Assembly (NCBI GenBank): GCA_951812955.1
Contig: OX638340.1
Location: 1,440,001 to 1,504,000, forward strand
Origin: an uncultured Gemmatimonadota bacterium
Lineage (GTDB): Bacteria > JAAXHH01
Length of the DNA: 64,000 bases
Reading direction: 5' to 3'
In this document: positions 28,755-38,339 of the stretch, piece by piece
How the letters are laid out: each line of letters begins with the position of its first letter
Position numbering within the stretch: the stretch's first letter is position 1
Program-made: the position numbers and the translations under genes
Notes under the pieces: generated by a model
What the model was told of the DNA's origin: nothing
Databases searched by the model: none
What the model saw: the letters and a program-made list of their open reading frames with translations, nothing else

Positions 28755-29518
28755 TGGCTGACGAGTCAACGCAGTCCGATGAGTTCGCGGGGCGCACCGC
28801 CCTGGTAACCGGCGGTTCCCGTGGAATCGGGCGATCCACGTGCGTCATGCTGGCGAAACACGGTGCCCGGGTGGCGATCAACTACACGCGCGACGAGGAA
28901 GCGGCAAAAACGGCCCTCGGCATGGTGGAGGAAACCGGCGCCGAAGGCATGATCGTCAGGGCGGACGTATCATCCGAAGGCGATGTGAACCGCATGGCTA
29001 CGGAAGTGCGATCGCGCCTGGGACCCGTCGACCTTCTGGTCAACAACGCGGGTATCGCGAAAAACCAGTCCCACGCGGAGCTCGCCTTCGCGGACTGGAA
29101 ACGCATGTTCGAGGTGAACGTGGACGGGGTGTTCCTGGCGACCTGGGCGGTGAAGGACGAGATGATCGCCCGTGGATTCGGACGCATCGTCAACGTGGCC
29201 TCGCTCGCCGGCATCATACTGAAGAAAGACATGATCCACTACGCCACCACCAAGGCGGCGGTCATTTCCATGACGCGGCACTGCGCGGAAGCCTTCGCGC
29301 CCCACAACGTCCGGGTGAACTGCGTGGCCCCCGGGCTGACCGATACCGACCTGGCCGGATCAGGCAACCCGGGTATGATCGACCGGCTCATCGCCTCCAC
29401 CCCCATGGGCCGCATGGCCCTGCCCGGAGAGATGGCTTCGGTGATCCGTTTTCTGCTCTCGGAGGATTCCAGCTTCGTGACCGGCCAGACGGTCGTGGCT
29501 TGCGGCGGCCGAAGCTGA
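28754..29518 (+). CDS. Short-chain dehydrogenase/reductase (FabG-like)
   Basis: TGGSRGIG, NNAG, YATTKAA (YxxxK); ATG overlaps the PhyH stop (TGATG). Confidence 0.88.
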   Translation: MADESTQSDEFAGRTALVTGGSRGIGRSTCVMLAKHGARVAINYTRDEEAAKTALGMVEETGAEGMIVRADVSSEGDVNRMATEVRSRLGPVDLLVNNAGIAKNQSHAELAFADWKRMFEVNVDGVFLATWAVKDEMIARGFGRIVNVASLAGIILKKDMIHYATTKAAVISMTRHCAEAFAPHNVRVNCVAPGLTDTDLAGSGNPGMIDRLIASTPMGRMALPGEMASVIRFLLSEDSSFVTGQTVVACGGRS

Positions 29519-29563
29519 ACGGTCCGTAACCTGAAACCGAGACGGCCGGAGCTTAAGCCCTTC

Positions 29564-31531
29564 CTACCGATTTTCGATCAGCTGGTCCACCACGGCCGGG
29601 TCCGCCAGCGTCGTCGTATCGCCGATCTGGTCCAGTTCGTTGGTGGCGATCTTCCGCAGGATGCGGCGCATGATCTTTCCGGAGCGCGTCTTCGGCAGGG
29701 CCGGAGCCCAGTGGATCACGTCGGGCGTGGCGATGGGACCGATGATGGAGCGCACCTGTTTCTTCAGGTCGCCGCGCAGGTCTTCTGAGTATTCCTCGCC
29801 CACGTTAAGCGTCACGTAGGCATATATCCCCTGCCCCTTGATCTCGTGAGGGAACCCCACGACAGCCGCTTCGGCCACCGATCCGTGGGCCACCAGGGCA
29901 CTTTCCACCTCGGCGGTACCCATACGGTGGCCCGACACGTTGATGACGTCGTCCACCCGCCCCGTGATCCAGTAGTAACCGTCCTCGTCCCGCCGGCAGC
30001 CGTCCCCGGTGAAGTAATACCCCTTGTACTGTTGGAAATAGGTGTCCTCGAACCGCTGGTGGTCCCCGTATATTGTGCGCATCTGCCCGGGCCAGGGTTC
30101 CTTGATAGCCAGCACGCCCATGATCCCGTTGCCCTCCAGTTCCCTGCCGCTCTCGCCGTCGAGCAGCACGGGTTTCACCCCGAAGAAGGGCAGGGTCGCC
30201 GAACCCGGTTTGGTGGGTATGGCGCCCGGCAGCGGGGAGATCATGATCCCGCCGGTCTCCGTCTGCCACCAGGTGTCCACGATCGGGCATCGCTCCTTGC
30301 CCACGTTCACGTGGTACCATCGCCAGGCCTCGGGATTGATCGGCTCGCCCACCGTGCCCAGGAGCTTCAGGGTGGGCATGGGATGCCGGGCGGGCCATAC
30401 CTCGCCCTCCCTGGCCAGTGCTCGGATGGCGGTCGGCGCCGTGTAGAACTGGTGGACGCCGTACTTTTCGATGATCTCCCAGCAACGATCCGGCGCAGGG
30501 TAGGTCGGAATGCCTTCGAACATGATCGTCGTGGCCCCGTTGCCCAGGGGACCGTAGATGATATAGGAATGCCCCGTAACCCAGCCGATGTCCGCCCCGC
30601 AGAAGTAGATGTCGCCGTCATGATAATCGAACACGTAGCGGTGGGTGATCCCGGTGTAGACCATGTACCCGCCGACGGCGTGCTGCACGCCCTTCGGCTT
30701 GCCCGTGGACCCGGAGGTGTAAAGGATGAACAGGGGGGCCTCCGCGTCCATTTCCTCGCAGGGACAGTCTGCATCGGCATCGGCCATCTGTTCATGCCAC
30801 CAGAAATCCCGGCCTTCCCGCATGGGAAACTGAAAGTCGGGATCGTCCTTGACCCGGTCGACCACGATGCAGGTGGTGACCGGCTCCCCCATCTCCTTCT
30901 CCGCCGAGGCCATGGCTTCGTCGGCTACCGGCTTCATGAAGACCGGCTTGTCGCCGCGATGGGTCCCGTTGGTCGTGATGACGGTCCTGCAGGTCGAATC
31001 CACGATGCGATCCGATAGCGAGTCGGCCGAGAACCCGCCGAACACGATGGAATGGACCGCGCCGATGCGGGCGCAGGCCAGCATGGCGACCGCCAATTCG
31101 GGGATCATGGGCAAGTAGATGGATACCCGGTCGCCCTTCCCTACGCCCCGCTTTCTAAGCACGTTGGCAAACTTGCAGACCTGCTCGTGCAGTTCACGGT
31201 AGGTGAGCCGGGCGTCCTCGCCCGGTTCGTTTCCTTCCCAGATGATGGCCGTCTGGTCGCCCCGCGTCTCGAGATGGCGGTCGATGCAGTTGTACACGAT
31301 ATTCGTCCTGCCGCCTTCGAACCATTTGATGGATACGGGTCCCTTCCTGATATCGTAGTTGTACGACCTGATGCGGTCCCATTTCCTGAACCAGTGGAAC
31401 GATTCCGCCTGCTCGGCCCAGAAAGCCTCGGGGTCTGCGGCGGACCGTTCATACTCCCGCCGGTACTCCTCCAGGCTCTTCAGATGCGCTTTTTCGCGAA
31501 AGGATTCATTGGGCTGATACATGTCGGCCAT
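29564..31531 (-). CDS. acs: Acetyl-coenzyme A synthetase (AMP-forming)
   Basis: 655 aa; Acs N-terminal domain plus AMP-binding motifs ([11 protein letters not shown]) and C-terminal lid. Confidence 0.95.
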   Translation of the reverse strand: MADMYQPNESFREKAHLKSLEEYRREYERSAADPEAFWAEQAESFHWFRKWDRIRSYNYDIRKGPVSIKWFEGGRTNIVYNCIDRHLETRGDQTAIIWEGNEPGEDARLTYRELHEQVCKFANVLRKRGVGKGDRVSIYLPMIPELAVAMLACARIGAVHSIVFGGFSADSLSDRIVDSTCRTVITTNGTHRGDKPVFMKPVADEAMASAEKEMGEPVTTCIVVDRVKDDPDFQFPMREGRDFWWHEQMADADADCPCEEMDAEAPLFILYTSGSTGKPKGVQHAVGGYMVYTGITHRYVFDYHDGDIYFCGADIGWVTGHSYIIYGPLGNGATTIMFEGIPTYPAPDRCWEIIEKYGVHQFYTAPTAIRALAREGEVWPARHPMPTLKLLGTVGEPINPEAWRWYHVNVGKERCPIVDTWWQTETGGIMISPLPGAIPTKPGSATLPFFGVKPVLLDGESGRELEGNGIMGVLAIKEPWPGQMRTIYGDHQRFEDTYFQQYKGYYFTGDGCRRDEDGYYWITGRVDDVINVSGHRMGTAEVESALVAHGSVAEAAVVGFPHEIKGQGIYAYVTLNVGEEYSEDLRGDLKKQVRSIIGPIATPDVIHWAPALPKTRSGKIMRRILRKIATNELDQIGDTTTLADPAVVDQLIENR

Positions 31532-31654
31532 GTTCGGTCTCCGGTCTGCGGGTTATGCCTATGGGTTATGCCTTGCGCAACTGTTGTCGAAAAAGCTCCG
31601 GTTTCCCGGTTCGTCTGATACGGGCCGGATCCGCGTCTTCGAATCAGATGCGGT

Positions 31655-32443
31655 TCACCGCGCCACATCCACTTCGACACGGTCCCCGGGCGCCACGCCC
31701 AGGATTTGGGCCGCGTTGCCGCCGTTGACAGCGATTTCGAGCAGTCCCGCGCTGTCCAGGATCGCCATGGCCGCGCCTTCGGCAGCCTCGTCGTAGGATG
31801 CGCTGACCCGGTCCAGCGTGAGGTTAGACAACGTGATCCTGAACCGCTTCTCCCGGGTCGTCTCCAGGAAGAGGCTATCTTCGATATCCGTTATTATATT
31901 GCCATAGTGGTCTATATGCAATACGTGACCCACGATCCCGCCTTCGCGAACCGTTGGGCCGGTTATGGACCCGCCGTGGAAATCGTCGATTTCGGGGCCG
32001 AAAGCGGTGATTGGCGTGCCAAGTGCGAGATGAGCAGCCACGGGGGCGAAGACGTCCCGCCCGTGAAACGTATTGCTGATTCCTGGGAGCATGTACCCGG
32101 TCTCTGTCACGGAAACGACACGGTGATCGGACTCCCTGGCGTACACGTGGGCGAAGACGCCGTTGTCCGGACCGACGAAGCGATACCGGGGTGTTTCCAC
32201 GATCAGGGCCCGCCTCTCGCCGCCCACGCCGGGATCGACGACGGCCACGTGCACCGTGCCGTCCGGAAAGTATGAATAGGCGGTGCGCAGGATGAAGGCG
32301 CCTTCTTCGATCCGCTGGGCAGCGATTCCATGGGACAGATCGACGATCCGGGCCTCCGGGCATATGCACAGGATGACCCCCTTCATGGTGCCCACGAATG
32401 CGTCGCGGTGGCCGAAGTCGGTAAGGAGCGTGATCACGGACAT
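31655..32443 (-). CDS. SAM hydroxide adenosyltransferase (DUF62; SalL/fluorinase-like SAM hydrolase)
   Basis: TLLTDFGHRDAFVGTMKGVI...VAVVDPGVG...FVGPDNG and C-terminal IAVNGGNAAQILGVAPGD; ATG 32443. Confidence 0.85.
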   Translation of the reverse strand: MSVITLLTDFGHRDAFVGTMKGVILCICPEARIVDLSHGIAAQRIEEGAFILRTAYSYFPDGTVHVAVVDPGVGGERRALIVETPRYRFVGPDNGVFAHVYARESDHRVVSVTETGYMLPGISNTFHGRDVFAPVAAHLALGTPITAFGPEIDDFHGGSITGPTVREGGIVGHVLHIDHYGNIITDIEDSLFLETTREKRFRITLSNLTLDRVSASYDEAAEGAAMAILDSAGLLEIAVNGGNAAQILGVAPGDRVEVDVAR

Positions 32444-33339
32444 GGCTTGGCTTTTTTCTCGTCCGGCAATGCGGCGTCTGCGCACGATCCCGATTCGCCG
32501 GCCAGCCTGGACTCTCCCGGCTGCCTGGTCTCTCCGAACGCTCCGGCCTCTCCGGACTGCCCGATCTGGCCGACAAGGATATTCCGCGGCAGGTCGGCGC
32601 TGACCGGGCTTCCGTCAAAATCGCCATAGGCCTGCACGATTTCCAATCCGGCCCGGGCCATCATCTCGCCGAGTTCGTCCAGTGTATACATCCGCACGGA
32701 TTCGTCGTAGCTTCGTTCCGCGCCGTCTTCTCTGATCCGCACCTGCTTATTGATGCGCACGTGACCACCCGTCTCGGACGGATCCCCAGAGATCCAGCGC
32801 CTCTGTTCGACTTCCATGCCCTCCACGGTGCGGCTGTCCGCCGGGACAAACGTGGAGATGACGTATTCGCGGTTCAGGTAATCCATGAGGAAACGGCCGC
32901 CGGGACGCAACGACCGCGTGATGGCATCCAAAACACGCGCGTTCTCCCTGTCCTCCTGGAAGTAACCGAAGCTGGTGAAGAAATTCACGACGAGATCGAA
33001 GGCGGAGACTCCGGGCGGATCGCGCATGTCGCCCTGGATGAAAGTGATGTCCAGCCCTTCTTCCGCTGTACGGCGACGTGCCCTTTCAAGCAATTCTTCC
33101 GATAGGTCAAGTCCAGTTACCCGGTAACCGCGCCGGGCGAGTTCGAGGCTGTGACGGCCGTCGCCGCAACCGAGGTCCAGAACTTCGCACGACGGAGGTA
33201 TGTCCATGTTGTCGACGAGGAAATCGACCTGGCGGTGCGCCTCTTCGTCGTTTCGATGGGGATACACCCGCAGGTAGTCGTAACGAAAGGCGGTCTTGTA
33301 CCAGTCGGATGCCGGACTGCGATGAGAAGCCATGACCAC
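32434..33339 (-). CDS. Class I SAM-dependent methyltransferase
   Basis: Motif I VLDLGCGDGRHS, acidic motif II; last 50 codons are low-complexity and overlap the DUF62 start by 10 nt. Confidence 0.85.
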   Translation of the reverse strand: MVMASHRSPASDWYKTAFRYDYLRVYPHRNDEEAHRQVDFLVDNMDIPPSCEVLDLGCGDGRHSLELARRGYRVTGLDLSEELLERARRRTAEEGLDITFIQGDMRDPPGVSAFDLVVNFFTSFGYFQEDRENARVLDAITRSLRPGGRFLMDYLNREYVISTFVPADSRTVEGMEVEQRRWISGDPSETGGHVRINKQVRIREDGAERSYDESVRMYTLDELGEMMARAGLEIVQAYGDFDGSPVSADLPRNILVGQIGQSGEAGAFGETRQPGESRLAGESGSCADAALPDEKKAKPCP

Positions 33340-33452
33340 CTGCCGTATTTACGGATTTACGGGTTCTTGAAACGACGAATTTTCAATATACAACGCAGTG
33401 GTTCCTCGTCAATCCGTGATTGCCGGTCCGCCCGGTACCACGGCGCTTTCTG

Positions 33453-33481
33453 TTGACAACAGGTACTCATACGTTTAGTTT
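33453..33481 (+). promoter_or_regulatory. Candidate sigma70 promoter (TTGACA-17-TAGTTT) upstream of the acidic-protein gene
   Basis: Read directly. Confidence 0.3.
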
Positions 33482-33543
33482 TCCCATGTTGACTCACGGC
33501 CGCGGCGCCAGGTTTAACGTCCCGGCCCTGACTGGAGTATGCC

Positions 33544-33927
33544 ATGGCCGGCAAAGACAGGCGGGCAAACGGTTCCGAGCCGGATGACGCGGAATTCGAA
33601 AAGCTGCTCGACGAAATGGACGAACTGGGACGGCAAGCCGATGCCCTGCGCGCGAAGGTGAATAATCTCATCGACGAGATGCGGCAGAACGACGTCACTG
33701 CGGACGAGGAAGGCACAGCGGGCGACCTCGCAGTAGACGCGGGGGATGTCTCGGCGAGCGAGGAATCGGGCGACGCACCGGACGAACAAGAAAAAGCGGA
33801 CGGCATCCCGGCAGGCGAGGGCGAGGAGGGAAACGAGGCCGGAGATGGAGACGTCGCTGTGGATACGGACAACGCGGAGGGCAAATCGGGCGGAGAAAGC
33901 CTTGGACGAGCAAGCGGACCAAATTAG
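33544..33927 (+). CDS. Hypothetical acidic low-complexity protein (coiled-coil N-terminus, D/E/G-rich tail)
   Basis: ATG with GGAG SD 7 nt upstream; composition-biased. Confidence 0.4.
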   Translation: MAGKDRRANGSEPDDAEFEKLLDEMDELGRQADALRAKVNNLIDEMRQNDVTADEEGTAGDLAVDAGDVSASEESGDAPDEQEKADGIPAGEGEEGNEAGDGDVAVDTDNAEGKSGGESLGRASGPN

Positions 33928-33939
33928 AAGTGAAACGAG

Positions 33940-33968
33940 TTGACAAATTGAAGACATGTAGGCATAAT
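33940..33968 (+). promoter_or_regulatory. Strong sigma70 promoter (TTGACA-17-CATAAT) at the left edge of the AT-rich cassette
   Basis: Consensus -35, 17-nt spacer, near-consensus -10; about 75 nt before the 34044 ORF. Confidence 0.5.
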
Positions 33969-34043
33969 TCGCTATGAGGAATGGGTAAGTCCAATCTCGT
34001 TGATGAATAAGAGTAATAATCGTAGTGATTGTAGAGGCTCAGT

Positions 34044-34526
34044 ATGATGGCTACACAGGAAATTGAAAGTGCCAATCATATCATAAGCAAAATCGACGAG
34101 TTTCCTGATTACTTTTTAAGACAATACAGTAATGTTCAAAATGAAGCGTTACTTTCAAAAAAACTTGAATACACCGTTCGGTCGTTTAACAAGAGACTGG
34201 AAATCGCATATGAGATCTCTCATGATTTTATAGAATTCTTAAAGCAAGATGGAATAATCGATCCAGAGCAGCCGTTAGTCGGGTGTGTGCAAGAGTACGA
34301 AAAGGTTTGCTCTGAACTCTATCTATATTTCAACCAAATCCCCTCAGACTCTTTTCATTTCCCGCATATCGTTGAAAGATTAACAAAAATACTAAAAGAC
34401 TATGCTGGTAAATTCCAGGATTTACGCTGGGAGGTTATGATCCATAACGGGCTTCTTGCACCTCGGCATACAAATACATTTTCAGGTGGAGATGAGTTTG
34501 AGCAAATTTTAAAACAACGAAATTAA
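34044..34526 (+). CDS. Hypothetical 160-aa protein (low GC), upstream partner of the RelE/ParE-like toxin; candidate atypical antitoxin
   Basis: Clean ORF in a 38% GC segment; stop TAA one nt before the next ATG; no HTH/RHH recognised. Confidence 0.55.
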   Translation: MMATQEIESANHIISKIDEFPDYFLRQYSNVQNEALLSKKLEYTVRSFNKRLEIAYEISHDFIEFLKQDGIIDPEQPLVGCVQEYEKVCSELYLYFNQIPSDSFHFPHIVERLTKILKDYAGKFQDLRWEVMIHNGLLAPRHTNTFSGGDEFEQILKQRN

Positions 34527-34527
34527 C

Positions 34528-34830
34528 ATGAATTACCCCTTCGACGTTCCATCCGAATTCGTAGAACCAGATGATTCCTTCCTTGAGCAACACCAAAAAC
34601 TTCCCTCGTCTTTAAAACAAAATTTCCAAAGATTGTTAGATCAATTCAGAAATCACCGTTTAACACCCGGTCGCAGATTAAAAAAAATCGGTCCTAATCT
34701 GTTCTCGGTAAGATTAAACAGAAAATACCGTTTCGTATATGAATTGCTTTATATAGATGGAAAAGCTGTTGGAAGGCCTCTGGCCGTAGGAAACCATGAT
34801 GAAACATACGACTCGGCAAGTCGGGTTTAA
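34528..34830 (+). CDS. RelE/ParE-family toxin-like protein
   Basis: C-terminal KKIGPNLFSVRLNRKYRFVYELLYIDGKAVGRPLAVGNHDETY matches the RelE/ParE pattern (KLxG..yElRi..YRiiY.....v.il.igHR..vY). Confidence 0.7.
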   Translation: MNYPFDVPSEFVEPDDSFLEQHQKLPSSLKQNFQRLLDQFRNHRLTPGRRLKKIGPNLFSVRLNRKYRFVYELLYIDGKAVGRPLAVGNHDETYDSASRV

Positions 34831-34941
34831 TCAATGAAACGTGTTTCCCCCGTCCTCCCGGTCATAACCAACTAGACTAACATCGGGTTTGGCCGTTGGT
34901 CTTCTATTGTGTGGACTCATCATCTCGAACGGGTTTTAATC

Positions 34942-35916
34942 TCACACCGCGCCAGCCAGGCCGCGTAACCTCTCGTACACGCCGAATGCCTCTTCTCTTG
35001 CGGGTATGGAGTACGTCGCCCCGCGGCCTCGAACCTTGAGGCCGGCCATGACGGTGCCAAGACGGGCGGATTCAACGGCGCTCATGCCATGGGTCAGTCC
35101 GTACAGCAGCCCACCGTTGAAGACGTCCCCGGCCCCCGACGTATCAGACACGTGTTCAGGGACGTAGGCTCGGAGTTCGTGGATTTCGTCGTCCAGCCCG
35201 AGCACGGCGCCTTCCGCGCCGCATTTCACCGCGACCATCTTCACACCCATTTCACGAGCTTGACCGATCACCGCGCGGGCATCGTTCGTACCGAATAGGG
35301 CTTCGCTCTCCTCCGGCGCGCTGGGCAGGAGGATATCCACGTAGGGGATGATCTCGTCCAGTGCCTCTCTGGCTTCCTCCAGGGACCACAGGCCGAGCCT
35401 CAGGTTCGTGTCAAAGGCCGTCGCGACGTTTCTTTCCCGCGAAACGCGGAAGGCCTCCAGCACGGCCGCCCGGCTGCTCTTCGATATGGCCTGGGTGATT
35501 CCGCTGGCATAGACGACTTTCGCGCTTCCGATGTAATCCGGATCGATGTCGGACGGTTCGAGGAAGCTCGCGGCGCTGCCTGCCCGGTAGTAGGTGAATT
35601 CCCGTTCGCCACCCGGAAGGATGGAGATGAAGTAGAGTCCGTTGGGCCGGTCCAGCGCGGTAGCGCAACGCAGGTCGATGCCCTCCGACCGCCACGCCCC
35701 GGTCAGGAAATCCTGGAAGGGGTCGTTGCCGACGTGCGTGACGTACCCGGTCTTGGCGCCCAGGCGGGAGGCCGCCACGAGCATGTTCATGGTGTCGCCG
35801 GCGAAGGTGCGGGTGTAGGTATCTGTGCTGGCGAGGGGCCCTTCGCAGAACATCTCGATCATGCACTCGCCGATCGAGATGATGTCCAGTTTGGAAGGGC
35901 TGTCGGTTATGCCCAC
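34942..35916 (-). CDS. PfkB-family carbohydrate kinase (KdgK-like)
   Basis: DTSGAGDVFNGG, N-terminal IISIGECMIEMF; GTG 35916, 8 nt after the O-methyltransferase stop. The 550-aa ORF-track model is a frame-merged artifact. Confidence 0.85.
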   Translation of the reverse strand: MGITDSPSKLDIISIGECMIEMFCEGPLASTDTYTRTFAGDTMNMLVAASRLGAKTGYVTHVGNDPFQDFLTGAWRSEGIDLRCATALDRPNGLYFISILPGGEREFTYYRAGSAASFLEPSDIDPDYIGSAKVVYASGITQAISKSSRAAVLEAFRVSRERNVATAFDTNLRLGLWSLEEAREALDEIIPYVDILLPSAPEESEALFGTNDARAVIGQAREMGVKMVAVKCGAEGAVLGLDDEIHELRAYVPEHVSDTSGAGDVFNGGLLYGLTHGMSAVESARLGTVMAGLKVRGRGATYSIPAREEAFGVYERLRGLAGAV

Positions 35917-35924
35917 GGCGGATC

Positions 35925-36584
35925 TTACCTCTTCAAACTCACGGCCACCCCGTCCCGCAAGGGGATAATCGTCGTCCAGACCTCGTCGGTACCATAGGCC
36001 TTCCTGTTGTATTCCTGGATGGCCGAGGTCCAGCGGTCGTCGGAAGGCTGCGTCACGCGTCCGCTCCAGAGCACGTTGTCGGTGATCAACAGGCCACCCC
36101 GGCGGATGCGCGGCAGCGCCAGGTCGAACACGCGGGGATAGTCGTGCTTGTCCACGTCGTTGAAGATCAGGTCGAAGCTGCCCTCGGTCTGCTCCAGCAG
36201 TTCCAGCGCGTCGCCCACCTGGATCACGACGCGGTCCGCCACGCCGGCGCGCTCGATGAACCTTCGGGCCTGGTTGGCGTTCTGCTCGCTGCCGTCGGAG
36301 TAGTAAATCCTGCCTTCCGGACCCACCGCCCGGGCGAGCCAGATGGTTGAATAGCCAATGGCCGAACCCATCTCGAACACGCGGCGCGCGCCGCTTAACA
36401 CGGCCATCTGATGCAGCACGCGGCCGACCAGGGGGCCGACGATAGGTATCCGCTCCGCATTCGCCTTTTCTTCCATTTCGGTGAGGACCTCGTCCCTTTC
36501 GGGCATCAGGTCCGTCAGATAGCCGTCCAGCGCTTCCGAGAGTACGTTGGGCATTGGGTTGTTGCTCCTGCTGTTGCGGGCCAT
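35925..36584 (-). CDS. Class I SAM-dependent O-methyltransferase (family 3, caffeoyl-CoA OMT-like)
   Basis: VFEMGSAIGYSTIWLA...DLIFNDVDKHDY. Confidence 0.85.
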   Translation of the reverse strand: MARNSRSNNPMPNVLSEALDGYLTDLMPERDEVLTEMEEKANAERIPIVGPLVGRVLHQMAVLSGARRVFEMGSAIGYSTIWLARAVGPEGRIYYSDGSEQNANQARRFIERAGVADRVVIQVGDALELLEQTEGSFDLIFNDVDKHDYPRVFDLALPRIRRGGLLITDNVLWSGRVTQPSDDRWTSAIQEYNRKAYGTDEVWTTIIPLRDGVAVSLKR

Positions 36585-36611
36585 GGTATTTCAAAGCTCC
36601 GTGGTGTCGAA

Positions 36612-37541
36612 TCAGAAGATCTCGACCTTAACATACCTGCCGGGATTGGATTTCAGATCAACGACGAGTTCGTCCAGGTTGGTCACCAGGCGGTCCATCT
36701 TGACGAACACGCGGTCGACGTCGTCGTACAGCGTCTCATCCAGGAGCAGCTTGCCGAGTGTTCCCTCGCCCCGGTCCATCCGGGCGAGAATGTTATCCAG
36801 CGATGTATTCGTGGACTGCAGGCCGTTCACCAGGGTCTTCAACTGGCCCGAAGTGCTTTCCAGGTTGTCCAGGGTGTTCGAAACCTTGGACCGTTCGGTC
36901 TCGCTCAGGTTCTTCGCGTTGACCACCAGCGAGTCCATGTTCGTCAGGACCCGGTTGAACTGCGCGCTCTCGCGTTTAATGGTCTCCTGCAGTTCGACGG
37001 TCAGGTCGTGCATAGCCGCAAGACTGCTCATTACCGACTTATCCCGACCGGGGTCCAGGAGCAGGTTGGCGTTTTTCAGCAGGTCGCGCACGTTCACGGT
37101 AACGGAATCGACCTGGGTGAACATGTCGGAAATCCCCGGCGCGGACGTACCCTCGATAGTGCCCCCCGGCGGAATCATCGTCGTACTGACGCCCTTGCGG
37201 ATGTTGATGGATTTCTCGCCCATGACGCTGCGCGAAATCACTTCCACCTGCGAATCCTCGGGGATCTCGTAGGGCTCGTCGATACGCAGGGTGACGATGG
37301 GTGTCAGGTCGTCGAGCGTCACGGCCTCGACTTTGCCGATGCGCACGCCGCCTACGAGGATCGGATCGGTGGATTTCACCCCTACGGCGCTGCTCAAACG
37401 TACCTCGACCAGGTAGGTATCTCCCGTTACGCGCCATTCTTTCAGATAGAACAGGCCCCAGACGAATATGATGATCGCCAGGAGAAATACCATGCCCAGT
37501 TTCGCTTCGTCGGGCAGCAGACTGTTTTTCTGGTACGTCAC
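36612..37541 (-). CDS. mlaD: MCE-family protein MlaD
   Basis: N-terminal TM then MCE domain; GTG 37541 with AGGAGG SD. Confidence 0.85.
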   Translation of the reverse strand: MTYQKNSLLPDEAKLGMVFLLAIIIFVWGLFYLKEWRVTGDTYLVEVRLSSAVGVKSTDPILVGGVRIGKVEAVTLDDLTPIVTLRIDEPYEIPEDSQVEVISRSVMGEKSINIRKGVSTTMIPPGGTIEGTSAPGISDMFTQVDSVTVNVRDLLKNANLLLDPGRDKSVMSSLAAMHDLTVELQETIKRESAQFNRVLTNMDSLVVNAKNLSETERSKVSNTLDNLESTSGQLKTLVNGLQSTNTSLDNILARMDRGEGTLGKLLLDETLYDDVDRVFVKMDRLVTNLDELVVDLKSNPGRYVKVEIF

Positions 37542-37556
37542 GTCGAACCTCCTGGT

Positions 37557-38333
37557 TTACAGGATCGTCCTGGCCAGCAGATAGTCCAGGCACAGAATCA
37601 ATATGCACGACACCACCACGGTATTGGTGGTCGCCTGGCCCACACCTTCCGCGCCTGAGCCCGGTTTCACCTTGAAACCCTGGTAGCAGGCGATGGTGGT
37701 GATTGTTATCCCGAAGCAGAAGGCCTTGGACAGCCCGAAGAATGCGTCCTTGGTCCGGAAGAACTCCCGCATGCCCCGTTCGAAATCGGGGATGCTCACC
37801 TGCATCCGGTCGATGGCCGCGACCATGCCAGACAGCACCCCGATCAGGTCGGCGAACACCACGAGGACCGGCAGCATGAACATGCCGGCGATGATGCGGG
37901 GGATCGCCAGGTAGACGATGGGGTTCATCGCCATCACCTCGTAGGCGTCGATCTGCTCGGTCACCCGCATCGTGCCGAGTTCGGCCGCGATGGTGGCGCC
38001 CACCCGTCCCGACAGCACCAGGGCGCCGAGTACAGGCGCGAGTTCGAGGACCACCGATGAAAGGACGACGCTGCCCACGAGGTAGGCGGGTACGTACCCC
38101 TGGAATTGGTACCCGGTCTGCACGGCGGTCACGAGGCCGGCGAAGAAGGCGATGATCAGGACGATCGGCATGGAATGGATGCCGATCTCGAACATCTGGT
38201 GGACCATCAGCCCCCAGTACGTCCTGATCCGCGGCAGGTTCCGGACGACTTCGACCATCATCATGCCGAAGTCGCCGATATTCGTCAGCGCCCAGAGAAC
38301 GCGTCTGCCAAGGAAGGAAAAGAAGGAGGTCAT
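37557..38333 (-). CDS. mlaE: ABC transporter permease MlaE
   Basis: MlaE family 258 aa, 5 TM. Confidence 0.88.
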   Translation of the reverse strand: MTSFFSFLGRRVLWALTNIGDFGMMMVEVVRNLPRIRTYWGLMVHQMFEIGIHSMPIVLIIAFFAGLVTAVQTGYQFQGYVPAYLVGSVVLSSVVLELAPVLGALVLSGRVGATIAAELGTMRVTEQIDAYEVMAMNPIVYLAIPRIIAGMFMLPVLVVFADLIGVLSGMVAAIDRMQVSIPDFERGMREFFRTKDAFFGLSKAFCFGITITTIACYQGFKVKPGSGAEGVGQATTNTVVVSCILILCLDYLLARTIL

Positions 38334-38339
38334 GGTCGG

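Noticed and set aside
34942-36594. 550-aa ORF-track model spanning the kinase and O-methyltransferase region
   Set aside because: It is a merge of the real PfkB kinase frame (34942-35916) with an upstream out-of-context frame. The O-methyltransferase is encoded in a different frame (35925-36584).
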